64,000 bases of DNA, taken from IMG/VR virus record IMGVR_UViG_3300050010_000483, positions 20,592-84,591 of that record; one strand, given 5' to 3'. The translations under genes were made by a program, and so were the position numbers. The first letter of the stretch is position 1. Every line of letters begins with the position of its first letter. This DNA comes from a virus. Positions 9,153 through 20,800 of the stretch are shown in pieces. The notes beneath the pieces are model-generated. The model saw nothing but the letters and a program-made list of their open reading frames with translations, made no database searches and had not been told where the DNA came from.

Positions 9153-9734
9153 ATGAAAATTACCGACATTGCCAATGAAATTTTTTTAATTAATGGTTCC
9201 CCCACAACCACAAGCATACCAGCAATTGCCTTTTGGGTTCGTCATCAAATCGGACGACTAAGCACATTGCTCTATGAAAATTTTCAATTTAATCCGAATA
9301 CTCTTGAAATTTGTCATGAGGACTGGAAGCAGGGAACTTGCTATCATTGTGAACCCTGGAATATGAATTGTCCCCCAAACAGTCCACTAACACCCGTTTA
9401 TGAGGGTTTGGGTTTTCCCGTGGTCGCAATCATTAATCAAATGTATCGAGTTTATGACCTTGAAGTTCAGATTCGTACTCAGATGAATTTCATAAATAAT
9501 CAAAGCGATATTATCAGTGTTGAAGATCAACATACGGTTATCATGAAAATTAATCGTAATTCTCTAAGCCAAACTCTCAATAATATTCGCAAAGACGAAA
9601 TCAAAATGCTTGACGAGCTAGTTATGCACTATCGTTTAAACAAAAATCGCCCAGCCGATGTTTCTGGTGATGATACAGTACCAGGATTTTACGATGCCTA
9701 TTGGTCAGCCTATCCAGCTTATATTAGACGATAA
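9153..9734 (+). CDS. putative head-tail adaptor/head completion protein
   Basis: 193-aa helical ORF, first of four coupled genes before the tail tube. Positional inference. Confidence 0.5.
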   Translation: MKITDIANEIFLINGSPTTTSIPAIAFWVRHQIGRLSTLLYENFQFNPNTLEICHEDWKQGTCYHCEPWNMNCPPNSPLTPVYEGLGFPVVAIINQMYRVYDLEVQIRTQMNFINNQSDIISVEDQHTVIMKINRNSLSQTLNNIRKDEIKMLDELVMHYRLNKNRPADVSGDDTVPGFYDAYWSAYPAYIRR

Positions 9735-10186
9735 TGCAAAATCTTCTTACATCTTCTCAATTGGCAATTTTGAGTGGGGACTTTGATACCGTTTTTACAA
9801 CCATGTGTCGTGGTAAAACCGTCACGGTGGTAAAAGAACCGCTTAAAACAACAGTTTCCAGTCCAATCACACAAAATAATGTGTTTGGTTTTGGAGAAAT
9901 GCAGGCAAATTCTGTTTATGACTATACTCCTGTTACTGGTGTTTTTCCAGCTTTTATAATTTATCCCAGAGATTATCAGACATCTTTGAATTCAGAAATT
10001 GATATTCGTGTGGGTTCTGAACCAATAAAAATTAAAGTACAACAGGATTGTCGAGACTTTATTTATAATGGTCGAACATTACATCTGATTGCCGATAATA
10101 AAACTTTTTATCTGGATGGAGAAGCCAGATTGCAATTATTTTTAAATGGTAATTACTATTTCTTTAATTTAAAGGAAACCAAGTAA
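9734..10186 (+). CDS. putative head closure/stopper protein
   Basis: 150-aa beta-rich ORF with a TAATG overlap. Positional inference. Confidence 0.5.
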   Translation: MQNLLTSSQLAILSGDFDTVFTTMCRGKTVTVVKEPLKTTVSSPITQNNVFGFGEMQANSVYDYTPVTGVFPAFIIYPRDYQTSLNSEIDIRVGSEPIKIKVQQDCRDFIYNGRTLHLIADNKTFYLDGEARLQLFLNGNYYFFNLKETK

Positions 10187-10803
10187 TGACAACTTTTACC
10201 TTTAAAATTAACAGAGAAAAAATGAAGCTCATTGCTGACAAGGCCATGGGTAAGGCTCCTGCTATTAAACAGGCTGCTGAAAAAGTTTTCTTCGCCGCTT
10301 TTCTCAAAGCTAAAAAGGGAATGTTACAAGCTTTTGATCGTCACCCTGTTACACAGGAACTTTTAAATGGACCAACCGCCGAAAATATTAGTGATACTCT
10401 TGGTGGTGGCTATGGAAATCTTTTTGCATTTATTGGTTTTGATGTTGGTGATACCCCAACGGCCCCATTGAAAGAATTACTGGATGTCGGCACTTCCTAT
10501 CGTATTTCTGTTTATAAAAATCGAACTTGGTATTTCAAGGTTAAGTTTCCCAGCAGGGGAAGTATTGAAAAAGCCACGCCCATGCCGTGGGAAGTGGGTA
10601 ATAGTTGGGCCGAAGGCATCGAAAAGGGTATTAGTGGTTTGAGTAATTTCATGTATAAACATTGGGAGGGTGGACGCTCTCAAGAGGGTTTTCAATTAAA
10701 ATATCTAAACTTAAGTAATATTGGTTTTAAACCACAACCATATTTATCAGAAATTTTGAACAGTTTTCGTAAAAGCATGAACGACAATAAAGGAATTGCC
10801 TAA
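10186..10803 (+). CDS. putative neck/tail completion protein
   Basis: 205-aa basic ORF with a TAATG overlap, in the position of HK97 gp10-like genes. Confidence 0.45.
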   Translation: MTTFTFKINREKMKLIADKAMGKAPAIKQAAEKVFFAAFLKAKKGMLQAFDRHPVTQELLNGPTAENISDTLGGGYGNLFAFIGFDVGDTPTAPLKELLDVGTSYRISVYKNRTWYFKVKFPSRGSIEKATPMPWEVGNSWAEGIEKGISGLSNFMYKHWEGGRSQEGFQLKYLNLSNIGFKPQPYLSEILNSFRKSMNDNKGIA

Positions 10804-11630
10804 TGTTACCAGCCCTGGAAAATAGAATAATGAGCAATTTAATGTTGTTTCTTGACAACCGCCTTCAAAACGTGGGTCAAGGATACAATAATTATAGTAG
10901 CTTGTTCTATTCGATTCCCAGCAATGTTAATGGATGGTATGCTTATGCCGCACCCTTCAAACAGCTTTGCAATGACACTTCTGTATCTGGCGTAACGGTT
11001 ATGTCGGGTGTTTATGTTAATGGGACATACACACCAGTTGGTTCTGGACATTTGGCTGCGATAAATCATTATGATGGAGTTGTGTATTTCAATACTCCGC
11101 TGCCAAGTACAACCACAATTAGTGGAAATTATGCTATCAAAGAATTCAGCATCGAGATTACAGATCAACAAGAGTGGAAGTTACTTTTTGAAACCAAGTA
11201 TGTTTCAAATAATAGGTTTAATCAAACTTTGAGCGGACTTCCCTTGGATACTAAAACTTCGCCAATCATTTTTTTGATGCTTCAAAATAACGATAGTATT
11301 CCTTTTGGATTTCATCGTATAAATAACGCCCAGACTTCAATTCGTGCAATTGTAATCGCTGATACAGAATATCAGAGAATCGCTGCTTGTGGCCTTTTAC
11401 AGACGGTAAATCAGTATTATTTGCCCATGGTATCAGGACTGCCATTCGATGTACTTGGGAATATTACAGGAACTAATTATAACTATACGGGTTTGGGGCA
11501 AGACCCAACCTATTCCCCTTGGATTCAGAAGGCAAAAGGGGTAGATATTAATCAAAAAGGCGATTACCAGAACATTTATAAAAAAATGGGTATGGTTGAT
11601 TTCGTTATAAGCACAGTGACCCAGAATTAA
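10803..11630 (+). CDS. putative tail terminator protein
   Basis: 275 aa immediately before the tail tube gene. It has a PIIFL...IRAIVIAD terminator-like core with a beta insertion. Confidence 0.5.
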   Translation: MLPALENRIMSNLMLFLDNRLQNVGQGYNNYSSLFYSIPSNVNGWYAYAAPFKQLCNDTSVSGVTVMSGVYVNGTYTPVGSGHLAAINHYDGVVYFNTPLPSTTTISGNYAIKEFSIEITDQQEWKLLFETKYVSNNRFNQTLSGLPLDTKTSPIIFLMLQNNDSIPFGFHRINNAQTSIRAIVIADTEYQRIAACGLLQTVNQYYLPMVSGLPFDVLGNITGTNYNYTGLGQDPTYSPWIQKAKGVDINQKGDYQNIYKKMGMVDFVISTVTQN

Positions 11631-11682
11631 CTTCCCAATTAATAAAAATCACTGTAAATAATCAAGAAGGATAATAATCTAT

Positions 11683-12564
11683 ATGCCAATTTCAAGAGCA
11701 CTTTATGTAGGTCAACAAGTCGCGATCACCTGTAACAGCGGTCAGAATACCGTTTATTTGCCGATTTCATCCGCTTCTTGCGAAGTAAGTGAACCAGTTG
11801 ACTCAATCAGTTCATTCGGTCATTTAATGTCTCTCGCAACCGCGCAGACTAACTTGACCACTTGTAAGTCTACTCTCAAAACATATCTTTTGAGCGGTGC
11901 AAATGTCGAAACGACTGGTAGTGGACCAATCACAACTGGACTTTCTACACAAATTATCCAATGGCTTACGGGCGATGCAATCAACGGAAATTTTACTCAG
12001 ATTTCTGTTTCTCCAAATGGTTTTACGATGTCTGGAATTTTAGCTTCTCTTTCTGCTGATATTGCATTGGGTGGGTTTGGTATGAGCGATTTGACTTTTC
12101 ATGGAGTTGGGCAACCATTTTTTTCTCCCGCTCCAAGTTCATCAACCTCTGTTGAACAGTCTAACATGCCAACATCCATTACCCCTTTGACAACAATTAG
12201 TATTGGTGGTTCTGTTACTGGGGCTGGTTGTGCTTCTTCATTCAAATTCTCTTTAGACATGCCAACTGATAATTTGGCCTGTTTGGGTTCTGACCCCAAC
12301 CAAGTTCAAGGTGCAACTCAAAGTTCATTGATCGCTACAAAGCCTCCTTACAAGGCGACGATTACCGTTGAGGGTTACGGTGTTGACGTTAGCTCTGCTC
12401 AGACAATGTTGAGTGCAGCTATTACTGGTGTGTATAACTTGGGCAGCGTAAACATTCAATTGCCTCACCCACACGTTACTAGCAAGAGCTTTAATAACGC
12501 TGTTGGTACAGCCGCTGCGAGCTATTCCTACGTTTGTGAGGATACCATAGCGTTCTTCTCTTAA
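11683..12564 (+). CDS. major tail tube protein
   Basis: 293 aa, S/T/G-rich, with two related halves (SASCEVSEP..ISSFG and SFKFSLDMP...LACLG). High-expression codons, AAGG upstream, terminator downstream, and it precedes the chaperones and tape measure gene. Confidence 0.7.
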   Translation: MPISRALYVGQQVAITCNSGQNTVYLPISSASCEVSEPVDSISSFGHLMSLATAQTNLTTCKSTLKTYLLSGANVETTGSGPITTGLSTQIIQWLTGDAINGNFTQISVSPNGFTMSGILASLSADIALGGFGMSDLTFHGVGQPFFSPAPSSSTSVEQSNMPTSITPLTTISIGGSVTGAGCASSFKFSLDMPTDNLACLGSDPNQVQGATQSSLIATKPPYKATITVEGYGVDVSSAQTMLSAAITGVYNLGSVNIQLPHPHVTSKSFNNAVGTAAASYSYVCEDTIAFFS

Positions 12565-12583
12565 TCAACAACTTACAACAATT

Positions 12584-12612
12584 TAAGCCACCGAATTTTC
12601 GGTGGCTTTTTT
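12584..12612 (+). terminator. rho-independent terminator after the tail tube gene
   Basis: AAGCCACCGAA-TT-TTCGGTGGCTTTTTT hairpin with T tract. Confidence 0.85.
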
Positions 12613-12653
12613 GTGTTTATTTTGCACAAAGTGATATTATTCTCTTGAATTTA

Positions 12654-12659
12654 GTGTAA
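12654..12659 (+). promoter_or_regulatory. GTGTAA putative late-promoter motif
   Basis: GTGTAAaagata directly before the ATG at 12666. Confidence 0.55.
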
Positions 12660-12665
12660 AAGATA

Positions 12666-13037
12666 ATGGACAAAGGCATGAATTCGCCCGAAAACAATCT
12701 CATTACTGTCTTTACAGCCAAGGAAATCACGTCTCTGTATAAGTTATTCTTGGAGATCATTGAAGACCTTGAGGCAGATAATCGGGCAATGCTTGGTAAA
12801 ATCGCTGAAAAGACCTCTCCACAAGTCGCTGCTGACATCAATTACTTCACCCGAGAAAAATACGAACAAATTAGAAAGAGGGTCTTGGATAATGGTAACG
12901 AAACCTCTCGTAAACTTCTTTCATTCTTAGACTTTTTTGAATTTACCATCAATGCTCAAAAAGTTGAAGATGCGGCAAAACTAAAACGGAGTATCGTAAA
13001 AAAGATTATTATTTCCTCACCCATTTCAGTAGAATAG
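12666..13037 (+). CDS. hypothetical helical protein in the tail module
   Basis: 123-aa charged ORF between the tail tube and the chaperone-like genes. Confidence 0.7.
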   Translation: MDKGMNSPENNLITVFTAKEITSLYKLFLEIIEDLEADNRAMLGKIAEKTSPQVAADINYFTREKYEQIRKRVLDNGNETSRKLLSFLDFFEFTINAQKVEDAAKLKRSIVKKIIISSPISVE

Positions 13038-13056
13038 TTTGGTTAAAGGCATTATT

Positions 13057-13884
13057 ATGGAAAAGACTCTAAAGTTTTTATATGAAACCTTCGTAAAGAA
13101 GCAAGTAAACGAATCCGTTACTGAACCTCGTCAGGAAGGCAGTGAAACGGTTCAAATTACCCGAACCGTCAAAAAAGTCAAACCAGTAAAGTTCGCAATT
13201 CTCAAACCAGATCGCCGTCTCTATAAGGATGCTGAAATTTTCTACGCAAGAACACTCGCCGATTATCTCAAAAAGGGCCTCCTGCCTTATTCTCTTGTCG
13301 CCAAACGTTATTCCAATGATGGTGGCCCCTTAACTGATAGTGAAAAGAAACATATTGACACCCTCACTGATGAATTGGGTAAACTTCAAGTGGAATTTTA
13401 TGGTCTCGCTAACACCGAAGACCTGAATCTTCAAAAACGCAAAAATGAAATTTTGATTCGCATTAATCGTATTAACACGGAAGTCAGTAACATTCAAAAC
13501 GCCTATACTGATATTTTTGACAGTACCGCGGAAATGAAGGCCCGCAACGATTCGATTGAGTGGTGGGTTATGTATCTGATGTATGGAGAAAATGAAAAGG
13601 GGGAATTAGTTCCCACTTTTAGCGCGGGCGATTATGAAGAGCGCATCAAAACACTTGAAAATATTGAAGATGAAGCGGACCCGTTCAAACTTGAGGCAAT
13701 TAAAAAACTATCTTATTTGATTAGTTTTTGGTTCACTGCCCGTAATGCAATTTCCGACAATGATTTCAAGTCCATGGATCGTTTGTACAGCGACACCATG
13801 ACAATCTACAAAGTTGAGGAAAGCGGTGAATCAGTGAAAGTTGATGAAGTAAGTCCTCCAATCACACAAGTTCCGCCCGTATAA
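13057..13884 (+). CDS. putative tail assembly chaperone
   Basis: Charged coiled-coil protein between the tail tube and tape measure genes. The ATG at 13057 (MEKTLK) is preferred over the TTG at 13039. Confidence 0.55.
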   Translation: MEKTLKFLYETFVKKQVNESVTEPRQEGSETVQITRTVKKVKPVKFAILKPDRRLYKDAEIFYARTLADYLKKGLLPYSLVAKRYSNDGGPLTDSEKKHIDTLTDELGKLQVEFYGLANTEDLNLQKRKNEILIRINRINTEVSNIQNAYTDIFDSTAEMKARNDSIEWWVMYLMYGENEKGELVPTFSAGDYEERIKTLENIEDEADPFKLEAIKKLSYLISFWFTARNAISDNDFKSMDRLYSDTMTIYKVEESGESVKVDEVSPPITQVPPV

Positions 13885-13885
13885 T

Positions 13886-14764
13886 ATGGCGTCTGATGGT
13901 ATCTCAAATTTTGAAGAACTAAAACTTCTGTATCAAGAAATTGTTGATGGATACTCTCCCTCGGAAAAGGGGGAGTATTTTTTTAAACATTTTTCTGATC
14001 TTGATACAATAGACATTTTGCGCCATAAACACGCCCTCTACAATGGATATATTCGTAGTGGAATCCCATCACAAAAAGAACGTCTTGCCCAGTTGATTAA
14101 ACAAGAAGAATGGAATCAAAACAAAGAAGATAGAATAACCAGCCTTCGTTTTATTATTGGAGACAATGAAAAAAACATGGAATCTACTATTCCACAAATG
14201 CAGGCTGGATTGAAAATGGCCCTTGATCGAGACAAGGAAGAATTGGTTTCTTTACTCACGGAGAAATATATGTTATTGGGTACAACTGCTGATGAACTTA
14301 GTAATCAAGAAGTTACTCTATTTCAAATTTTTTATAGTCTTCGTAAAAATAAGGCGGGCGATCCTCTTTATTCTTGGCCAGACTATGAAAGTTTACCTGT
14401 CGAAACTCAAGAAAAATATGCTAAAGAATTTGAGGCAACACTTAGTAGATTTGCTGATAACCGCATTAGAGAGTTAGCAGTAATGCCATTTTTCATAAAT
14501 TCTTTCTCGTATTCAAAGGAAAACATCTACTTTTTCTTTGGTAAACCCTTATCTCAACTCACTCAATATCAAAGTTTTCTTCTCTCTCTTGGACAACGTA
14601 ATCTGAGTATTCTTGAACGGGGAGAGGGTAGTCCTCCTGATCTTATTGGTAATATCACTCCCAATGATATTGTCAAATGGTATGATGTGCAGTATTCTGT
14701 AATATTAGGGAGAAGAAATACACAACATATTGATAAATCAAATACCAAAAGAAGGGAAGTTTAA
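13886..14764 (+). CDS. putative second tail assembly chaperone
   Basis: 292-aa helical ORF directly upstream of the tape measure gene, with an FFGKPLSQLTQYQ motif. Confidence 0.55.
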   Translation: MASDGISNFEELKLLYQEIVDGYSPSEKGEYFFKHFSDLDTIDILRHKHALYNGYIRSGIPSQKERLAQLIKQEEWNQNKEDRITSLRFIIGDNEKNMESTIPQMQAGLKMALDRDKEELVSLLTEKYMLLGTTADELSNQEVTLFQIFYSLRKNKAGDPLYSWPDYESLPVETQEKYAKEFEATLSRFADNRIRELAVMPFFINSFSYSKENIYFFFGKPLSQLTQYQSFLLSLGQRNLSILERGEGSPPDLIGNITPNDIVKWYDVQYSVILGRRNTQHIDKSNTKRREV

Positions 14765-14815
14765 GAGCCCCAATCATAAATACCTATTTTCGGTCATCTC
14801 TGAATGTCTATATCC

Positions 14816-14821
14816 GTGTAA
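14816..14821 (+). promoter_or_regulatory. GTGTAA putative late-promoter motif
   Basis: GTGTAAtcatag 22 nt before the tape measure ATG. Confidence 0.6.
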
Positions 14822-14843
14822 TCATAGATAATAGGGAAAAGTT

Positions 14844-17800
14844 ATGTCAGAATATGCCGCAGAAGTAGGAGTTTTATTTAAACCAGATATGTCGCTCGTT
14901 GATCGGGCGGTCATGGAATCTGCATCAAAATGGGGCAGAGCTACAAATGGTCTTGGTAAAAACTTTCCACTTGGAAAACTAACGGGGGACGCAAGCGAAT
15001 TCCACAAGTCAATGGATGCCGCTAACGCTCGTGTTTTGGCTTTCGGCGCTTCAATGGGTTCCATCATGGTGGTCAAAAAAGCTTTTGACCTCTTGGTTGA
15101 TTCTACCATCAATGTTGAAAAACAACTCGCAGAAGTAAACTCTCTATTTAATTTGGGACCACAAGGTCTACAAAACTTTTCATCTTCATTATTTAAGATC
15201 GCCAATCAAATGAGCGTCAGTTTCTCGGACGCCGCCAAAGCCGCAAGTATTTTTGCCCACCACGGTTTGTCAATGGAAGAAACCTTGAAACGTACTTCTG
15301 CCGCTCTTGAACTTTCAAAACTTTCTGGCATGAGCATGGAAGAGTCTGTTCTTTCGTTGACATCCACAATCAACAGCTTTACCAAAGAAGCTTTGGATGC
15401 CCAAGACGTTGTTGATCGTCTTACTGCTGTTGGGGGTAAATATGCCGCCAGTTCTGATGAAATTGCCGAGGCTTTGAAACGTGTCGGTGCATCTGCAAAC
15501 GACGCGAATGTAACTTTCAATCAGACCATTGGTTTGATTACCGCCGCTCAACAGATTACTGCTCGTGGTGGTAGTGTTATTGGCAACTCTTTCAAGAGTA
15601 TCTTTACTCGTTTGCAACGTCCTGCTGTTTTGGACGATTTGGCCGCCGCTGGTGTTCAAATCCGCGATCTACAAGGTAAGATTTTGCCAATAGTTTCAAT
15701 TTTGAAGAATTTAGCTGTCTCTTACGACACGCTTTCTTCTTCTCAGAAATCTTTTGTTTCTGAAACCGTTGGTGGCGTCTATCAAGTGAACGTCCTCAAA
15801 GCTTCTTTAAGCGACATAAAGGGTGGAGCTAGTATTTTTGAAGGAGCGATGGATACAGCAGCCAACTCGGCTGGTGTTGCTCAAAAACGTATTGCTATTT
15901 TGAATGAAACTTTAGCGAGTTCAATGGTTCGTACTCAAAACGAAATGACTCGTTTGGCTGCAAACACTGGTAATATTTCTCTTACCCCAGGTTTAAAAAG
16001 CGGTGTTGGTGGTTTGAAATCTGGTGTTTCATGGATGGCTGATATGATGGACTCCAATAAAGCATCAAGTGGCAGCACTGGTCAACAAATAGGGGCAAAT
16101 TTATTTCAAGGCATTGCTCGTGGTATTGGTAACGTACTTGCGGGTCCAGGTATCCAGTTCATTACAACTGTTTTTGCAAAATTAATGACCCGTCTGGCTA
16201 AATTCATTAGTGATTCTTCCAAAGACCTGCTTGGTGTTAATTCCAAGGAACAAGAACGAGAAGCCATTAATGCGAACATCGCAAAGTGGCTTGGAAATCA
16301 AGAAGGCATTTTGGAAAAAATTGCCAGCGGTGAAATGACAATTGTTGAGGCTACTCAGCTTCGACAAAAACATCTTGAAATCATCCTAAGAACCTATCAG
16401 GACATTGCTACGATTTCTGGGGCAATAACTCCAGGCAATAACCCAACAATTAGTATGGGTGGGGAAGGACACGCCTCTGGATTTATTCCAGATGTTCGTG
16501 GTGAGGTAGCCGCCGCAAGCCAAGGTGGATATGCGGCTGGTAGAGTTGTCGGTACTACTATTCGTAATGGTAGTAGTTCGTTTAACTCAACAGTAAATAC
16601 TGCTGAAACAAAGTCTACTATTAATGTGGGTGGTACTGGTAGAATGGCTGATTTTATTAATCCGCCACTAAACAGTCAGGCGGGCCAACAACATCGTGCG
16701 AAAGCCATTAAGGTTTTGGGTGTAGACCCTTACTCTTTACCACAACGTTCAGTTAATGCTGAAGGTTTTATTCCTTCTAAACCATTTGCAATGTGGGAGA
16801 TTAACAGCGGTAATCTTCTTGGAAAATATAAAACTAGGACTGGTGCTATGAAGGCAGCAGATCGTTATAAAAATTATGACGGTGATTCTTATACTTATGG
16901 CAATGTAGTAGGAACATTTTCTTCTGGAAGAATTGAAGATTATCAAGCATTCATTAAATATAGAAACTCAATTCCTAGTCCATTTGCTTTGGGTCCATTA
17001 AATTCTGCTAGTGGGTATGTTCCTAATTTATCTTTGGATGATATGCAGGCCAGACTCAAGGCCATCGGTATCAATGACTGGCGATCTCTGAAACGTCCTT
17101 TTGCAACGCAGTATAATAAAGCCGCCAACAAAGACTATCCAACTGTGCCAGATTTTGATCTGTCAATGTTACCAGAGAGTTATTTGGGTGCCGTTACAAA
17201 ACATTTCACAAACCATGATGACGTGGCAGCTTTATTACGTTTTGCTCAGACGCAAATCTTTAAAAAGAAACTTATCATTCAGACGAGTAGCGGACAAAAG
17301 CGTCTGCCTTCATCTATTGGTGCTGATGCACTAAAATCTACTTTCTGGAACAATGCTGAGATAGCTGATACTAATGACGGTCTTTGGGGGGCCTTGCGTG
17401 GAAGTCTGGCCAACTCTGATACTGCAAATGTATTACCATTTTTACGCAAAGGTACAGGAATTCACAAAGACAATCTTGCTAGTTTTATTAGTTCTATTCT
17501 TGGACAAGGTTTTGAATCTCCAAATACAGATGAAGGTGAAGATGTTAACATGGATGTTGCGACGGCCCAACGTCTCTTGAGTCGTTATTCAGGAACATTT
17601 CCAACAGTGGTTGGTTATGATTCTATTAATAATCTTTCCCCAGCGGGTGATTTGCCAGACTTTGTAGGTAAACTAAAAATTGGTAATACAAAATTTGATA
17701 TAAACACTCCAATTTTTGGACACAAGACTTTCGTACAAAGGAACTTGGCGGAGGCTAAAAACATTGCATCTTTGATCGGTGGGGGTGATTTTGACAATGA

Positions 17801-20800
17801 TACTTTAGCAACAGTCTTAGGTAAGATGTTTGACAAACGCAGCAAGAAGGAAGCGGAAAGTGCTGGAATATTCATGGGTTCTGCAAATGCAGCAATTGAT
17901 ATTCCCGCTCCACTAAAGTCTATTTTGTCTCAAACCAACATTACTGGTGATGTTTCTGGCATTGAGCTAAAGAGTAGTCTTGAAGAAGCCAAAAGACATG
18001 CAGCCAGCAAAATTTTCCGTAGTTTAATCGGTGGTACAGAAGACAGTAATTGGTCTGGACCTATTGAGGCTCCATATCGTCTAGCTGGTGTTCCAAAATT
18101 TGGTACTGGTAAAACTGGTATTTTGGATTATAATCAGTTTGGTTCGTCAAGCAAAAATGAAATGTTGTTGGCTGCTGTTCAAGCGGCTTCTCAAGGAAAA
18201 GCCATTAAAATTATTCATGGGGCGGGTACGTATGCCACACAACATGCCGCAGACGTTTCCGAAGGTATTGCTCGTGGAAAAAATTACATAAAGTCGGCTG
18301 ATGATCTTTCTCAATACGATCAAATCGTAATGAATAGCTTTATTAGAAAATCCAGTGGTTTGACCAAGGGATATTCTGGTCTTTTGTATTCATTAGCTTC
18401 AAATGTACAGGGTTTGGGTCTTCCAGAAAGTTTGAATGAAAAACAACTTGGTGAATATCAATCTTTAAGGACGTTGATGAGACAACGTTTGGGAGACAGA
18501 TATTCTGGTGCGGCTGGGGGTTTTGTACCTGATGGTAATCTATCAGACATGTTGAAAAATATCTTCCATCCATTACATGAATTTCAGGCTTATAAAGAAG
18601 TTTCAAGACAGGCTCTTGATTTTGTAAACAATAATGGTTCGATTACCACTAAATTACCATCTGGGTTTGATCGTGAATTTTTGGCATCAGCTTTAGCCAA
18701 CAAGACTGTCGGAAAACCATACGAGGCTGATTTGGCGAGTCTGCAAAAAGTTGGAGTTTCTTCAAGTTATTTTGATGTTGTTCATGACATGTTCGGCCAA
18801 AAAGTCAACTATAAAGAGTTAATGTCTCGTGTTAAATCTGGTGAATATGCCAGTGGTTATATTCCTGCTGTTCTTTCTGCTTTAAAAGCAGAAGACAAAG
18901 CAACAGGGGGAAACGCCATATTATCAGCGAGTTATAAATTGGCTAGTAGTTCAAACCCTCTGGGTTTTGCGGCTATTGACAGTCGTTCTCAACGTAATGC
19001 TGATGAAGCAATTAGACAACATCAATCTTTGGGTCAGAGTTTGGCTTCGATTAAATCTGTGCCTCATTTGGCTCTTGATGATGGTTCAACTGGTTTTGCT
19101 GGATCAAGTATTTTCAACTCTATAGCCTTGGCCGTCGGGTCTTTTGCAAATAGTAATCGCACAGAATATCATTCTCTTGGTGATATTATCAAGAGCGTTT
19201 TTGGTGGTTTGCCATCAAATCTCAAGACCGTTGTAAATCCATCTTTTGAAGAAGTAGCCAAGAAAGTTTCGTTACTGGATTCGACAATCAAAACAGCACA
19301 ATCTGAGGTTCTATCTCCAAAACAGAAGACTACTTTTCAAGGGCAAGAATATAACAATTATAACGCCCTGACGGAGGTTTATAATACTCAACGCAGAGGA
19401 TTGACTACTCCTGATTACGAGGCTTATCAAAAAAATAAAGATGATTCTCGTTCAAGCCTCCAGGCCTTGGGTTGGAGACGCTCGATTTTGTCCAGTATGG
19501 CTGGTGGAGTTCTTACTCAAGGGGTTGATAGATTCTCTCCAAATGCTGGGGCTGCTGTTCAAGAATTTACTTCTGGTTTGACTCAATCGTATCAAGTTTT
19601 AGCTGCATTCCCTAATGAATTTGGTAAAGCTTTGCGCATGGGTGTGCTGGCTGGTTCGGCATTGAGTGCCATTGATTTGTTTGGTAAAGGTCTCGCCACA
19701 CAACAGAGGGCTTTTAATGAATCTCAAACCAAGTATCAAAACTTGGCAGTTCAGATTGATGGACTTTCTAACGTTTTGAATAATTTTGACCAACTGTTGA
19801 ATGATTCATCTGTGAGTTTTGAGACTTTAACCCGCGAGAGTCGCAAATATACAGAATTGCTTGGTCAAATGTCTCAGACACCAGAAGGTTCTTTCGCTGC
19901 TGAAAAAGTCATGAGTGCGGGAAGTAATACTGCGGCTATCGCTGCTTTGCAAGAATACAAGGCTGGTAAATCCCGTGATCTTGATAGACAGGCGGCTTTA
20001 TTGGGTCTAAAAGAATATGGAGACAAACGTACATTTGGCGTCGGAAACTATAAGATTGGTAATCCAATGGGATTTTCCAACGACATAGAAAAAACCGAAT
20101 TAACTCAAAAAATTAGTGATGCGGCCAAAACTGGTATTGAAGCTCTCAGTGAAAAAGAAAAAGCTAATCTTGTTAGTTCAACTTCTCAGGGATTTGGTAA
20201 CTTTTCTACACAACTTGGCAACGTGGGACCAGTCGCCTCTAAGTTCATGTCATCAATGAACCCAGGTACTCGGACTGCCGTTTCCCAAGAAATGTTCAAT
20301 CAACTACTCACAGAGAATGTTGTCCAACAGGCTCCAGTTCAAGAAAAACTCAAGGATTTGCGTGATCGCAATGCAATTCGTCAATTGAATTTGGATTCCG
20401 TTCGACGCCGTGCTGCATCAGAAAAACGTCTATTCATTGACCAAGGTTCCATGATTGCAGGAAATGAACTCGACTTGCGTGGAATTCAGTCTCGTGGCAC
20501 CTACAATACTGCTGAGATTACTTATGGCGTTGGTCAGGCTATGAATCAGTACTATTCTTTAAATACAGGAGAACGAACGATGGCTCAACGTCAGGCCATC
20601 ATGGATACAACCCGCCTGCAAGCAGAGGGTCAATTCAAATCACAAAGTATCAAGGCACAAGCCACAAGAACTGTCGCTTCTGGTTTGACTCAAAACTTTG
20701 AAGAATATTTGGGTCATACTGATTTAACTAAACTTTTACAAGCTCCAGGTCAAGCTCCTATTGGTGATATTGAACAATTCAAAGCAAACTTAATTGATGC

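Noticed and set aside
10803-12564. Contractile tail sheath gene
   Set aside because: No sheath-sized ORF lies between the neck genes and the tail tube gene. The layout fits a non-contractile tail, although a sheath elsewhere in the genome cannot be excluded.
13840-13890. Programmed frameshift joining the two tail chaperone ORFs
   Set aside because: The second ORF is in the +1 frame, is open only about 33 nt upstream of its ATG (TAA at 13850), and no slippery heptamer is visible. It has its own coupled ATG.
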